A stretch of DNA of 64,000 nucleotides, taken from Chloroflexota bacterium. Its GTDB lineage: Bacteria > Chloroflexota > UBA11872 > VXOZ01. Location: the NCBI GenBank assembly GCA_963662335.2, contig CAXXVD010000003.1:544001-608000 (forward strand), in the 5' to 3' direction. The stretch's first letter is position 1; the number at the start of each line of letters is the position of its first letter. Positions 49,053 through 58,079 of the stretch are shown here, one piece after another. The notes under the pieces were generated by a model that worked only from the letters and a program-made list of their open reading frames with translations, did no database searches and was not told where the DNA came from. A program made the position numbers and the translations under genes.

Positions 49053-49113
49053 GCCGTATTGGTGGGCGCGCGGCGCCAATGAGCCTGCGCTCAGAATGCG
49101 CAGCGGTTCCCGC

Positions 49114-49737
49114 TCAATCCAAGTCCAGCGCGTGAGGATTGAATCCGGCGATGTCGAACATAGAGTAGGCGTAGCCGCTGGTCTGGCCGGCGAACGCCGA
49201 AGCGGTTAGCGGCGCGGCGGGTGTTTCCAGCGCCATCTGGGCGAAGTACTTGCTAACCGGCGCGAGTTCCGCCAGTGCCTCGTATTCGTGGGCCGCCAAG
49301 AACTCGGCGCGATCAACCTCCACCCCGTCGCATTCCGGCCCGCCCCCAAGGTCCTTGAGCGCGAACACGATGTACACGTTGCTATCGCGCTCGTTGAGGC
49401 TGTTGCGCGCGGCCAGGATGCCTTGCACTTCGCTGCGGACTCCCGTCTCTTCATACATCTCCCGCACCACCGCCTCCTCGAACGGCTCGTCCTGCTCCAC
49501 GTAGCCGCCCGGAATGGTCCAGCGGCCCTTGCCGGGGTCTTGCCCGCGCCGGATGAAGAGCACCTTGTTGTCGCGCACCACGATGCCGCCCACGCCCAAC
49601 GAAAACGTGCTGAAGTGGATGAAGCCGCATGACTGGCAGGCGGCGCGCTGCCGCCCGCCTTCCGGCCGCAGCGCGAGCGCCTGGCCGCAGCGGGGACAGT
49701 AGCGGTAGTGGTTGGGCACAATCGGGAGTCCTGCCAT
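49114..49737 (-). CDS. NUDIX hydrolase with N-terminal zinc ribbon
   Basis: YCPRCG...CQSCG; Nudix box GGYVEQDEPFEEAVVREMYEETG. Confidence 0.9.
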   Translation of the reverse strand: MAGLPIVPNHYRYCPRCGQALALRPEGGRQRAACQSCGFIHFSTFSLGVGGIVVRDNKVLFIRRGQDPGKGRWTIPGGYVEQDEPFEEAVVREMYEETGVRSEVQGILAARNSLNERDSNVYIVFALKDLGGGPECDGVEVDRAEFLAAHEYEALAELAPVSKYFAQMALETPAAPLTASAFAGQTSGYAYSMFDIAGFNPHALDLD

Positions 49738-49914
49738 GTCACCTATTCGCTCTTGGCTCTTGGAAACGCTTGACTTGATGATAGGGCGCGCCGCGGGGTC
49801 GGTCAACAACCCGGAGGCATCCGCATTGGCTGCGCCGTGTTCCTTGCTGGGCGCGCCGCCGTGTGATAGCATTAATGCACCCTCCGCTCGCTTACCCCCA
49901 GCGCAAGGATACGC

Positions 49915-50529
49915 ATGTCTTCTCCGGTAGAGCAGCGTCGGTCGCGGCGCGCGCGCACGCGCAGGACGGGTTCCGCAACCGCACCGCCGACCGCCATACC
50001 GCGCATCGAGCCTATCCTCACTTCCGCATCTACGCGCGGCGCCGCGGAGCCCCTACAAAAGCCGGCTGCCGCGAGAGCGCTGTCGCCGGCCGCGCGCGCC
50101 AGACGCCCCCGGACGCGGCGCGTCTCCACGCCCAAGCGGGCCTTTTCTTTCCGCCGGTTCGTGCCGGGCTGGCTGGTGCGGGCAGTTGTCATGCTCGCCC
50201 TCGTCGGCGCAAGTTGGCTCGGGCTGACGTGGGTGATGGTTACGCAAGATCCGGCCCAAAGCGGCAGTCGCGTGTTCTTCCTGGCCGCGGTATTCGCCAC
50301 CGTCTTCGTTACCAGCCTGCCGGTCATGCACCGCATCTTTTCGTGGTTCGCGCCCTCGCGCTTGCAGCAAGGCAATCCGGTGCTGGTGGCCGGCCACTCC
50401 TTTCTGTTGGCCAGCTTTCTCGTGGCGAACTTGAGCCTGCTGCTGGTGGGAAGTTGGAACGTGACCATGTTTATTCTCATCTCCGCGCTCGCCGCCGTGG
50501 TGGAATCGCTCTTCCTGGCGCGCAAGTAA
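49915..50529 (+). CDS. Hypothetical membrane protein (about 4 TM, basic N-terminus)
   Basis: Four hydrophobic segments; AAGGA RBS. Confidence 0.65.
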   Translation: MSSPVEQRRSRRARTRRTGSATAPPTAIPRIEPILTSASTRGAAEPLQKPAAARALSPAARARRPRTRRVSTPKRAFSFRRFVPGWLVRAVVMLALVGASWLGLTWVMVTQDPAQSGSRVFFLAAVFATVFVTSLPVMHRIFSWFAPSRLQQGNPVLVAGHSFLLASFLVANLSLLLVGSWNVTMFILISALAAVVESLFLARK

Positions 50530-50578
50530 GCGGGGCCGCCCGGCGCCGGGTCTACGACGAAGCCGGCTACGGATCGCT

Positions 50579-51352
50579 ATGCTCGCTACCGACGAACTCG
50601 CCCGCCTCTATGACTTGGAATACGACGATTGGCACGAGGATGCCGCGTTCTGGCAGAGCCTGGCGGCGCGGACGGGCGGGCCAATCGTCGAGTTTGGCTG
50701 TGGCACGGCCCGCGCGTTGGCCCCGCTGGCGCAATGCGGCTACGACGTGATCGGCGTCGATTCCTCCCAGCCCATGCTGGCCAGGGCCTCTGAGCGGTTC
50801 CGCGCCTACGACGTCCCGGCCGCGCAGTTCCGGCTTCTGCAACAACCCATGGAGTCCGCCACGCTCCCTATCTCTGGGCAAGCGCGCCTCGTATTTTCGG
50901 CGCTCAACGCCTTTGCGCACCTGGCCACGCCGCAGCAGCAATCCCAGGCGCTGGACGCCGCCCACCGCATGATGCATCCTGACGGACTGCTGGCGCTCGA
51001 CCTCTTCAATCCCATAACCCAGGAGTACGGCCTGCGCGACCGCATGGTCACCTTGCGCAATGTGCTGGCGGACCCCCGGACCGGCGCGCCCATTCAGCAG
51101 TTCGAAATATGGGAAGTAGACCGCGCTGCGCAGGTGGCGCACACCACCTATCTCTACGACCACTTGCAGACCGACGGCTCCATACGCCGGGTGACGACGA
51201 CGTTTCCCATGCGCTACTCGTACCGCTACGAGATCGAAGCGCAACTGGCGCACGCCAACTTCGCGGTGGAGAACGTCTTTGGCTCATACGAGGCCGACCC
51301 GTTTACGGGCACGGAGGAGAAGATGATCTTCGTCGCCCGGCCGCGAGGGTAG
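50579..51352 (+). CDS. Class I SAM-dependent methyltransferase
   Basis: IVEFGCGTAR, GVDSSQPML. Confidence 0.88.
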   Translation: MLATDELARLYDLEYDDWHEDAAFWQSLAARTGGPIVEFGCGTARALAPLAQCGYDVIGVDSSQPMLARASERFRAYDVPAAQFRLLQQPMESATLPISGQARLVFSALNAFAHLATPQQQSQALDAAHRMMHPDGLLALDLFNPITQEYGLRDRMVTLRNVLADPRTGAPIQQFEIWEVDRAAQVAHTTYLYDHLQTDGSIRRVTTTFPMRYSYRYEIEAQLAHANFAVENVFGSYEADPFTGTEEKMIFVARPRG

Positions 51353-51394
51353 GCGGCGCTGTAGTATCCGGTGGTTCACATGCCGCCCCCGGCA

Positions 51395-51420
51395 GTCATT
51401 CCGAGCGCAGCGAGGAATCT
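51395..51420. repeat. REP-like half element
   Basis: GTCATTCCGAGCGCAGCGAGGAATCT, identical to 52544-52569. Confidence 0.75.
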
Positions 51421-51628
51421 CGCGCCCAGCGCGGAGACTCTTCTGCAGTGCCGCCGCGACCGAAAAGCGCGCATCTAGGGCCGCGCCTCACACCATCGGT
51501 AGGCAGGTTTGAGGCCTGAACCACCACTGTTCGCGCTGGCGCCATTGTGAACAGGCTTGCCAGACGTGCTATTCTGAGTGAGAGTTTTCCCATTACACGC
51601 AACACGACTCTTGTAGAGTGAAGGCTCC

Positions 51629-52507
51629 ATGGCAACGACCCTGGAACGCAAACCGGACTGGATCCGCGTCCGCTGGAAAGAAGGCGACCAGTACCGCGAA
51701 CTCAAGCAGATCATGCGCGGCATGGACCTGCACACGGTCTGCGAGGAGGCGCGCTGCCCGAACATCAGCGAGTGCTGGAATTCGCGCACGGCCACCTTCA
51801 TGATTCTCGGCGATACCTGCACCCGCGCGTGCAGTTTCTGCGCGGTGAAGAGCGGACGTCCCGCCGGCCTGGACAAGATCGAGCCCATCCGCGTGGCCTG
51901 GGCCGTGAAGCAAATGGGGTTGCGCCACGCCGTCATAACCTCTGTGGCGCGGGACGATTTAGAAGACGGCGGCGCGCAGGTTTTTTCCGAGACGATCCGC
52001 AAGGTGCGCGAACTCAACCCGGATTGCTCCATCGAGGTGCTCATTCCCGACCTGGGCGGCAAGCGCGACGCCCTGCAGGAGCTCGTGGCCGCCAAGCCGG
52101 AAATCCTGAACCACAACGTGGAGACCGTGCCCCGCCTGCAACGCCGGGTGCGCCCCAAAGCCCGCTACGAACGCAGCCACTGGGTGCTGCGCACCGCCAA
52201 GCAACTCGATCCGGACATCCTCACCAAGTCCGGCATGATGCTGGGCCTGGGCGAGACCTGGGATGAAATCCTGCAAACCCTCACCGACATGGCCGCCACC
52301 GGCGTGGACATCTTCACCATCGGCCAGTACCTGCGCCCCTCAAAGAAGCACCAGAAACTGGAACGCTACTACCGCCCCGCGGAATTCGCCGAACTCAAGC
52401 AAATCGGCGAGTCCCTCGGCATCCGCCACGTCGAATCCGGCCCCCTCGTCCGCTCCTCCTACCACGCCCGCGACCAGGTGGAGACCCTGCACGACAAGGC
52501 AGAGTAG
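51629..52507 (+). CDS. lipA: Lipoyl synthase
   Basis: [38 protein letters not shown]. Confidence 0.98.
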   Translation: MATTLERKPDWIRVRWKEGDQYRELKQIMRGMDLHTVCEEARCPNISECWNSRTATFMILGDTCTRACSFCAVKSGRPAGLDKIEPIRVAWAVKQMGLRHAVITSVARDDLEDGGAQVFSETIRKVRELNPDCSIEVLIPDLGGKRDALQELVAAKPEILNHNVETVPRLQRRVRPKARYERSHWVLRTAKQLDPDILTKSGMMLGLGETWDEILQTLTDMAATGVDIFTIGQYLRPSKKHQKLERYYRPAEFAELKQIGESLGIRHVESGPLVRSSYHARDQVETLHDKAE

Positions 52508-52543
52508 CCAACCTTGTCGGAGACGTCGCTCCGCGCTCAACGT

Positions 52544-52569
52544 GTCATTCCGAGCGCAGCGAGGAATCT
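52544..52569. repeat. REP-like half element
   Basis: GTCATTCCGAGCGCAGCGAGGAATCT. Confidence 0.75.
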
Positions 52570-52632
52570 CGTGTGTAGGTTAAGCCTAAGTGCACAGGTG
52601 TTCTTTGGGCCACATCCGCTCGGCAGGACGCC

Positions 52633-53382
52633 ATGACACAATGGTTCGAGGACGAATCGCTCTGGATTGACACCTATCCGTGCATGTTTTCCCCGGCGCG
52701 CATCGCCGCCGCTGCGGAGGAGGTCGAGCCGCTACTACGGCTTGTTGGGGGAAAGCCGAAGTCAATCCTTGATCTCTGCTGCGGGCCGGGGCGGTTTGCC
52801 ATTCCCTTGGCGCAGCGCGGCTTGCGCGTCACCGGCGTGGACCGGACGGCGTTCTTGCTCGAAAAGGCCAGAGAACAGGCGGCCGCTGCGGACGTTGAGG
52901 TCGAATGGGTCCAAGACGACATGCGCACGTTCGTGCGGCCGGGGGCGTTCGACCTCGCCCTCAGTATGTTCACGTCATTCGGCTACTTCGACGACGAAGA
53001 AGACGACCTAACGGTGCTGCGCAACATCCACGAGAGCCTGCGCCCCGGCGGCGCGCTGGTGATGGACGTGGTGGGCAAGGAACTCGTGGCGCAAGCGTTC
53101 AAGCCCGCCGTCTCCCGCAAGCATCCGGACGGCGCCGTGGTGATCGACCGCCGCGAAGTCTATGCCGACTGGACCCGCGTGCGCATGGAGTGGACGCTCA
53201 TCCGGGGCGATTCCGTGCGCATGTACACCGTCCACCACACAGTCTACTCAGGGCAGGAACTCAAGGACCGCTTCACGACCGCCGGCTTTGCGGACGTGAA
53301 GCTCTACGGCAGCACGGACGGCGCCCCCTACGACCGCCAGGCCGAGCGCCTCATCGCCATTGGCCGCAAGCCCACTGCATGA
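52633..53382 (+). CDS. Class I SAM-dependent methyltransferase
   Basis: LDLCCGPGR, DMR, FTSFGYF, LRPGG. Confidence 0.9.
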   Translation: MTQWFEDESLWIDTYPCMFSPARIAAAAEEVEPLLRLVGGKPKSILDLCCGPGRFAIPLAQRGLRVTGVDRTAFLLEKAREQAAAADVEVEWVQDDMRTFVRPGAFDLALSMFTSFGYFDDEEDDLTVLRNIHESLRPGGALVMDVVGKELVAQAFKPAVSRKHPDGAVVIDRREVYADWTRVRMEWTLIRGDSVRMYTVHHTVYSGQELKDRFTTAGFADVKLYGSTDGAPYDRQAERLIAIGRKPTA

Positions 53383-53625
53383 GTTTGGTGGGCTGTTGTC
53401 CAGCGCACGGCAATGCACATACAGTCTTACTGTCATAATCTGCCTATATTTCCATATGGGAAGCGCCCCGTCCCGAACGCCATGCGATAATGGACTCAAC
53501 CCTTACGTGCGGCGCGTAGTGGCGCTATCCAATGTATGAGGCGAAGCTCTGGCGCGCAGCACTGTTTCTCGCACCGAACAGAGCGATGGCTTTCACGTGT
53601 GGGAGGGAGCAAGTTGGCACAGCAG

Positions 53626-53934
53626 ATGCAGGCCACACCGCAAATCCCGGTGCCGCGGGAGCAGATTGCCGTGATCTGCCGCCGGTACCACATTCGCACC
53701 TTGGCGCTTTTCGGCTCCGTGTTGCGGGATGACTTCACAGCCGAAAGCGACGTTGACGTGCTGGTGGAGTTCGAGCCGGGACGGACGCCGGGGTTCTTCA
53801 CGCTGGCCCGCATTGAGCGGGAGCTTTCGCCGCTCCTAGGTGGGCGTAAAGTAGACGTTCGCACTCCGCAAGATCTATCCCGATACTTCCGTAGCGAAGT
53901 AGTCAATTCGGCATATCCGGTCTATGGAGACTAA
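53626..53934 (+). CDS. Minimal nucleotidyltransferase (MNT) antitoxin
   Basis: LFGSVLRDDF...SDVDVLVEF (GSX10DXD), KVD. Confidence 0.9.
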   Translation: MQATPQIPVPREQIAVICRRYHIRTLALFGSVLRDDFTAESDVDVLVEFEPGRTPGFFTLARIERELSPLLGGRKVDVRTPQDLSRYFRSEVVNSAYPVYGD

Positions 53935-54256
53935 TGACAGTGCGCGGCTGCGCCACATGCTGGAGGCGGCGCAAGAAGCGCTTGAATTCACTCAAGACGC
54001 CACGCGCGAGGACCTGGACTCGAGTCCCTTGTTGAAGCACGCGCTCGTATACTGCCTGCTCATCGTCGGCGAGGCGGCGCGGAATGTCTCTCCGGAGACC
54101 CGCCGTGCGTATCCTGCCATCCCGTGGCAAGACATCATCGGCATGCGCAACAGACTCGTTCACGTCTACTTTGACATCAACCTCGATGTCGTCTGGCAGA
54201 CCGTGCAAGAGGACTTGCCGCCGCTGATCGATGAACTAGAGAAGCCTCAATCGTGA
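53924..54256 (+). CDS. HEPN (DUF86/HepT-like) ribonuclease toxin
   Basis: IVGEAA, P.IPW..I.GMRNRLVH.Y (RX4H). Confidence 0.9.
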   Translation: METNDSARLRHMLEAAQEALEFTQDATREDLDSSPLLKHALVYCLLIVGEAARNVSPETRRAYPAIPWQDIIGMRNRLVHVYFDINLDVVWQTVQEDLPPLIDELEKPQS

Positions 54257-55026
54257 ATGCCGGATCGGCCGCTCCGCAGCCCCACCCGTGTGCCCTGATA
54301 CAACTCGGCACGGCGCCGTACCGCACGGCGTGGGAGTTGCAGCGCCGCTTGGTGGCCGCGCGGCACGCGGGCGCTATCCCCGACGTTGTGCTGCTGCTGG
54401 AGCATCCGCACACCTACACGCTCGGCCGCCGGGGTGACGACAGCGAGGTACTCGCCTCGCCGTCGCATCTGCGCGCGCTGGGCGCGGAAGTGGTGGCAGT
54501 AGATCGCGGCGGGCTGGCGACCTATCACGGACCGGGGCAATTGGTGGGGTATCCCATCCTGGACCTGCGCCCGCGCGATCGCGACGCGCGCCGCTACTTG
54601 CGTGACCTGGAAGGGGCGCTCATCAACACGTTGCGGGAGTGCGGCATAGCGGCACGGCGCGTGGAGCGGATGACGGGCGTGTGGGTGGCCGACCGCAAGA
54701 TCGCCTCGATCGGCGTGCGCTTCAGCCGCTGGATCACCAGCCACGGCTTCGCCCTCAACGTCACCACCGACCTCAGCTACTTCGACCACATCGTGCCGTG
54801 CGGCATGCCCGCGGTCACGATGACGTCTGTTGCGCGAGAACTCGGTTCTGCGCGGCATGAGACGCGCGCGCATGCAGTTGGGGTAACCGACATGGCTCGC
54901 CTCCGCGCCCGCGTGGCGCACCACTTGGCGCAGGTCTTCTCGCTCCATTACCTCGATGATTTCCCTCCCGAATTGGACAAAGCCCTTGCTATGGGCCATG
55001 CAGACCCAGTGGCAGCGCTCCGGTAG
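54253..55026 (+). CDS. lipB: Octanoyltransferase LipB
   Basis: LEHPHTYTLG, DRGG..TYHGPGQLVGYP, KIASIG, HGFALN, IVPCG. Confidence 0.96.
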   Translation: MNAGSAAPQPHPCALIQLGTAPYRTAWELQRRLVAARHAGAIPDVVLLLEHPHTYTLGRRGDDSEVLASPSHLRALGAEVVAVDRGGLATYHGPGQLVGYPILDLRPRDRDARRYLRDLEGALINTLRECGIAARRVERMTGVWVADRKIASIGVRFSRWITSHGFALNVTTDLSYFDHIVPCGMPAVTMTSVARELGSARHETRAHAVGVTDMARLRARVAHHLAQVFSLHYLDDFPPELDKALAMGHADPVAALR

Positions 55027-55259
55027 ACGTTACCGCTACAAGACCGGAAGCTCGACGAAGGGCATCGCTTGGCCGGTTGCAGTCGTCGAGAGCCTCTCGC
55101 TCCAATCCACGAGCGGCTCACTGCGCAAGTCTCGGAATTGCACAGAGGCGGATTGCAGGCAGAAAACTGACTTGCCCGCAGCCGCCAAGCGGAGTACACT
55201 TGCGCTCAATACGGCGAATGCAACCAGACCGTCCCGCACCGGCCCACTAAGCGCAGCCC

Positions 55260-56495
55260 ATGGCATCCACGACCCAGCCGACACGCTCAAACCTCTACGC
55301 CGTTACCTGGGTTGCCATGTCCGCCTTCTTCGTCATCCTCTTCTTTAACGTGGGGGCCGGCAATCCGCCGCGCGCGCAATTGCCGGTCTACGTGGAAAGC
55401 GAATTGGCCGCGGCGCCAATCGTCACCTCGATAGTCCAATCCACGTTTCACATCGTCTTTGCGGCCATGCTGCTGGTGGGCGGCTTTCTGGCCGATCGGT
55501 TTCGTCCCAAGCGCACCTTCATCATTGGCTTGCTCACGCCGGCGGTGGCCGGATTCTTGCTGATTGCGCAGGAAGTCTGGCTGCTCGCGCTCGTGGCCGC
55601 GCTCACCGGCACGTTCTTCGCTTTCCACGCCGCCGGCAGCCGGGCCTACCTCGTGCTGGCGGTGCCGCTCAAGCGGATGGGGGTGCTGGGTAACCTGTAT
55701 GAACTTGGCTTCACCTTGGGCGCGGCCATTGGGAACGCCGCGGTTGGCTTTGTCGCCGCCCGTTCCGGTTTCCCTCTCGCCGGCGCAATCATCGTCGTCA
55801 TGGGTTTGGTCACCGCCCTGGCCGCGCAAATCTGGCTGCCGCCGGTCGCGCCCAAGGTCGTGAGCGCCGCTCCCGTCACTCTGGGCAGCTATTGGCAGTT
55901 GGCGCGGCGGCGCTCCGTGCAACTCTTGCTCCTGCTGCGCGGCCTGCCGACGATCTATTGGGCTACCGGGCAATTGGTGATCGGAATCCAACTCCTGCGG
56001 CTTACGGGGTCTCCGGTTGCGCCGGCGCTCTTCTACGCGGTGAGCCTGCTGGCAATCGGCACGACCATGATGCCGGTGGGTTGGGCCGCCGACCGGTGGG
56101 GCAGCGGCTTGCCGGTGCTCGCGTCTACCGTGCTCGTAATCATTGGGGCGGTATTGGCGGCCATCTTCGTCAACCATGTCTGGGGCCTGGTCTGTGGAGC
56201 TTTCGTTGGACACCTGGGCGCGTGGTGGCTCTCCGGCCTCTTTCCGCTCCTGGTCGCCGAAAGCGGCACGCACGATGAACAGGGCCGCCTCGTGGCCGTC
56301 ACGGAAATGGCGTGGAACATTGGCGCGGTGATAGGCGCTTTGGGAGCCGGGGCGCTCCTGTCCGTCCATCTCAGCGGGCCGTTCCTGGCGGCGGCGTGGC
56401 TGAATATCCCCACGTTCTTCATTGCCATGCTCGTGGCGGGCGGCGGGCACCGGTCCGCCGCACCCGCGCCGGCGGCCGCGGGCGAAACCGCGTAA
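55260..56495 (+). CDS. MFS transporter
   Basis: GGFLADRFRPK and GWAADRWG motif-A repeats; about 12 TM. Confidence 0.85.
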   Translation: MASTTQPTRSNLYAVTWVAMSAFFVILFFNVGAGNPPRAQLPVYVESELAAAPIVTSIVQSTFHIVFAAMLLVGGFLADRFRPKRTFIIGLLTPAVAGFLLIAQEVWLLALVAALTGTFFAFHAAGSRAYLVLAVPLKRMGVLGNLYELGFTLGAAIGNAAVGFVAARSGFPLAGAIIVVMGLVTALAAQIWLPPVAPKVVSAAPVTLGSYWQLARRRSVQLLLLLRGLPTIYWATGQLVIGIQLLRLTGSPVAPALFYAVSLLAIGTTMMPVGWAADRWGSGLPVLASTVLVIIGAVLAAIFVNHVWGLVCGAFVGHLGAWWLSGLFPLLVAESGTHDEQGRLVAVTEMAWNIGAVIGALGAGALLSVHLSGPFLAAAWLNIPTFFIAMLVAGGGHRSAAPAPAAAGETA

Positions 56496-56528
56496 GGCAC
56501 ACAGCAGTCTAGGAAGCAGGTACGCTAA

Positions 56529-57773
56529 ATGGTTGCAGGTTTGCGCGCGCGCATGGGCCGGTTCGCCTCATGGCGCTCGGTATTGATCATGTTCGGCCTG
56601 CTCTTTCTCAACCTGACCTTCACGAGTCCGGCGCAGGGCTTGATACCGGTCTTCGTTGAAAAGGTACTGGAACGCCCGCCCTTCTTTACCTCGATTGTTG
56701 TCTCGCTGCACACGGTCGTTTACGGCGCGATGCTCTTGGTGGGCGGCGTGTTGGCCGACCGGCTGGGGGCAAAGTGGACGCTCGTGCTGGGATTCTGCGG
56801 GGCGATCGCCGTGGGTCTCATGTTGGGATTGCAGTCGCCGTGGTGGCTGCTCATCATCGCGCCGGTCTACGGCCTGCTCTTCTCGCTCATGACCATCGGC
56901 AGCCGTACCTATCTCGCGCGCGCCCTGCCCTTGGTGCAAATGGGCATCGGCGGCGCGCTCTACTTCTTGTGCCTCACGATATCCATGGCGGTAGGCAGCG
57001 CGCTTGGCGGCAGGATCGCCGATACGGCGGGTTTTGCCACCTTGGGCGTGATTGCCATCGTCGCCGGCATCGTGCTCGTGCCGCTGACCGCTTGGCTCTT
57101 GCCTTCCGTAGAGGCACAAACCGAGGACTCGGAGTCCGGTGAAGATGCGCCGGCAAGCAAGGCGGCGTTTGCGGACTACGTGGGCATGTTGCGCGACTCG
57201 CGCATCCTCTCCCTCTGCGGCCTGCGCTTCTGCGCTACGTATTTCTACGGCACCATGAATTTGCTTTTGGTGCTGCAGATCTTTCGGCTCACGGATTCGG
57301 TCACGTTCGTCGGCCTGTACGGCAGCGCGATTCTGTTCATCATCGGGCCGACCCAGCTTGTGATCGGCTGGGCGGCGGACAAACACGGCCGCGCCGCGCC
57401 GGTGCGCCTGGCAGCCGTGTTCGTGCTGAGCGGCGCCGTGCTCATTACGCTCTTCATCAACCACGTCTGGGCGCTGGCCGCCAGCGGCCTGCTGGCCAAC
57501 ATGGGCGCGTGGTGGTTCTCAGGGCTCTATCCCAAGCTGGTGGCGGAGGCCGGCCCGGCGGAGGAACAGGGACGCCTCATTGCCATCACCGAGTTCTTCT
57601 GGGCGGTGGGCATCCTGGCGGGCACCCTCATCTCCGGCGCGCTGGTGTCGGTCTTCCTGCGGCTGCCCTTCATCGTCTGCATACTGGTGACGATTCCGAT
57701 GTTCCTGCTGGCCATGCTGGTGGCCCGCGGCTACCACCGACCGCCTGAGAGAAAGACCGGCGCCGAAAGTTGA
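56529..57773 (+). CDS. MFS transporter, paralogue of the upstream gene
   Basis: GGVLADRLGAK, GWAADKHGR; shares NHVW...GAWW.SGL.P.LVAE.G..EQGRL with the upstream MFS. Confidence 0.85.
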   Translation: MVAGLRARMGRFASWRSVLIMFGLLFLNLTFTSPAQGLIPVFVEKVLERPPFFTSIVVSLHTVVYGAMLLVGGVLADRLGAKWTLVLGFCGAIAVGLMLGLQSPWWLLIIAPVYGLLFSLMTIGSRTYLARALPLVQMGIGGALYFLCLTISMAVGSALGGRIADTAGFATLGVIAIVAGIVLVPLTAWLLPSVEAQTEDSESGEDAPASKAAFADYVGMLRDSRILSLCGLRFCATYFYGTMNLLLVLQIFRLTDSVTFVGLYGSAILFIIGPTQLVIGWAADKHGRAAPVRLAAVFVLSGAVLITLFINHVWALAASGLLANMGAWWFSGLYPKLVAEAGPAEEQGRLIAITEFFWAVGILAGTLISGALVSVFLRLPFIVCILVTIPMFLLAMLVARGYHRPPERKTGAES

Positions 57774-57786
57774 TTAGTTTGATTCA

Positions 57787-57989
57787 TTGACAGCGTAGTC
57801 GGCTGCTGTAAGGAGGCTTGGCAACCGCGTGCAGACCCTCACCGTCGCCATCTGCTCTCGGCGCCGGCGCAGGAGCGGCTCGTAGGCGCTGATCTTGAGG
57901 ATGCGACCGTAATGGCGGCAGCAACCAGGCCTACTCACGACTGAAGGGTTTCACTGGCATCGGTGCTCCCTCACGACTAGCTGTTTCAA
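57787..57989. ncRNA. Candidate structured RNA (long fold-back rod with 6S-like geometry); family unassigned
   Basis: TTGACAGC-G-TAGTCG pairs with CGACTA-GCTGT-T-TCAA; GTG-C-AGACCCT-CA-CC-GTCG pairs with CGAC-TG-A-AGGGTTT-CAC; two apical hairpins. Confidence 0.35.
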
Positions 57990-58079
57990 CTCCCCACCTC
58001 CTTCCTCTCTACGGCAATATACAGAGGTATGCGCTATTCTGGGACAGTCTCCACAGGGAGAGGTAAGGAGATTCCTCAA

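Noticed and set aside
57983-58003. tmRNA 3' end or 16S rRNA 3' tail (TTCAACTCCCCACCTCCTT)
   Set aside because: No T-stem or acceptor pairing, no CCA end and no other rRNA sequence; better explained as an SD on the minus strand or an anti-SD
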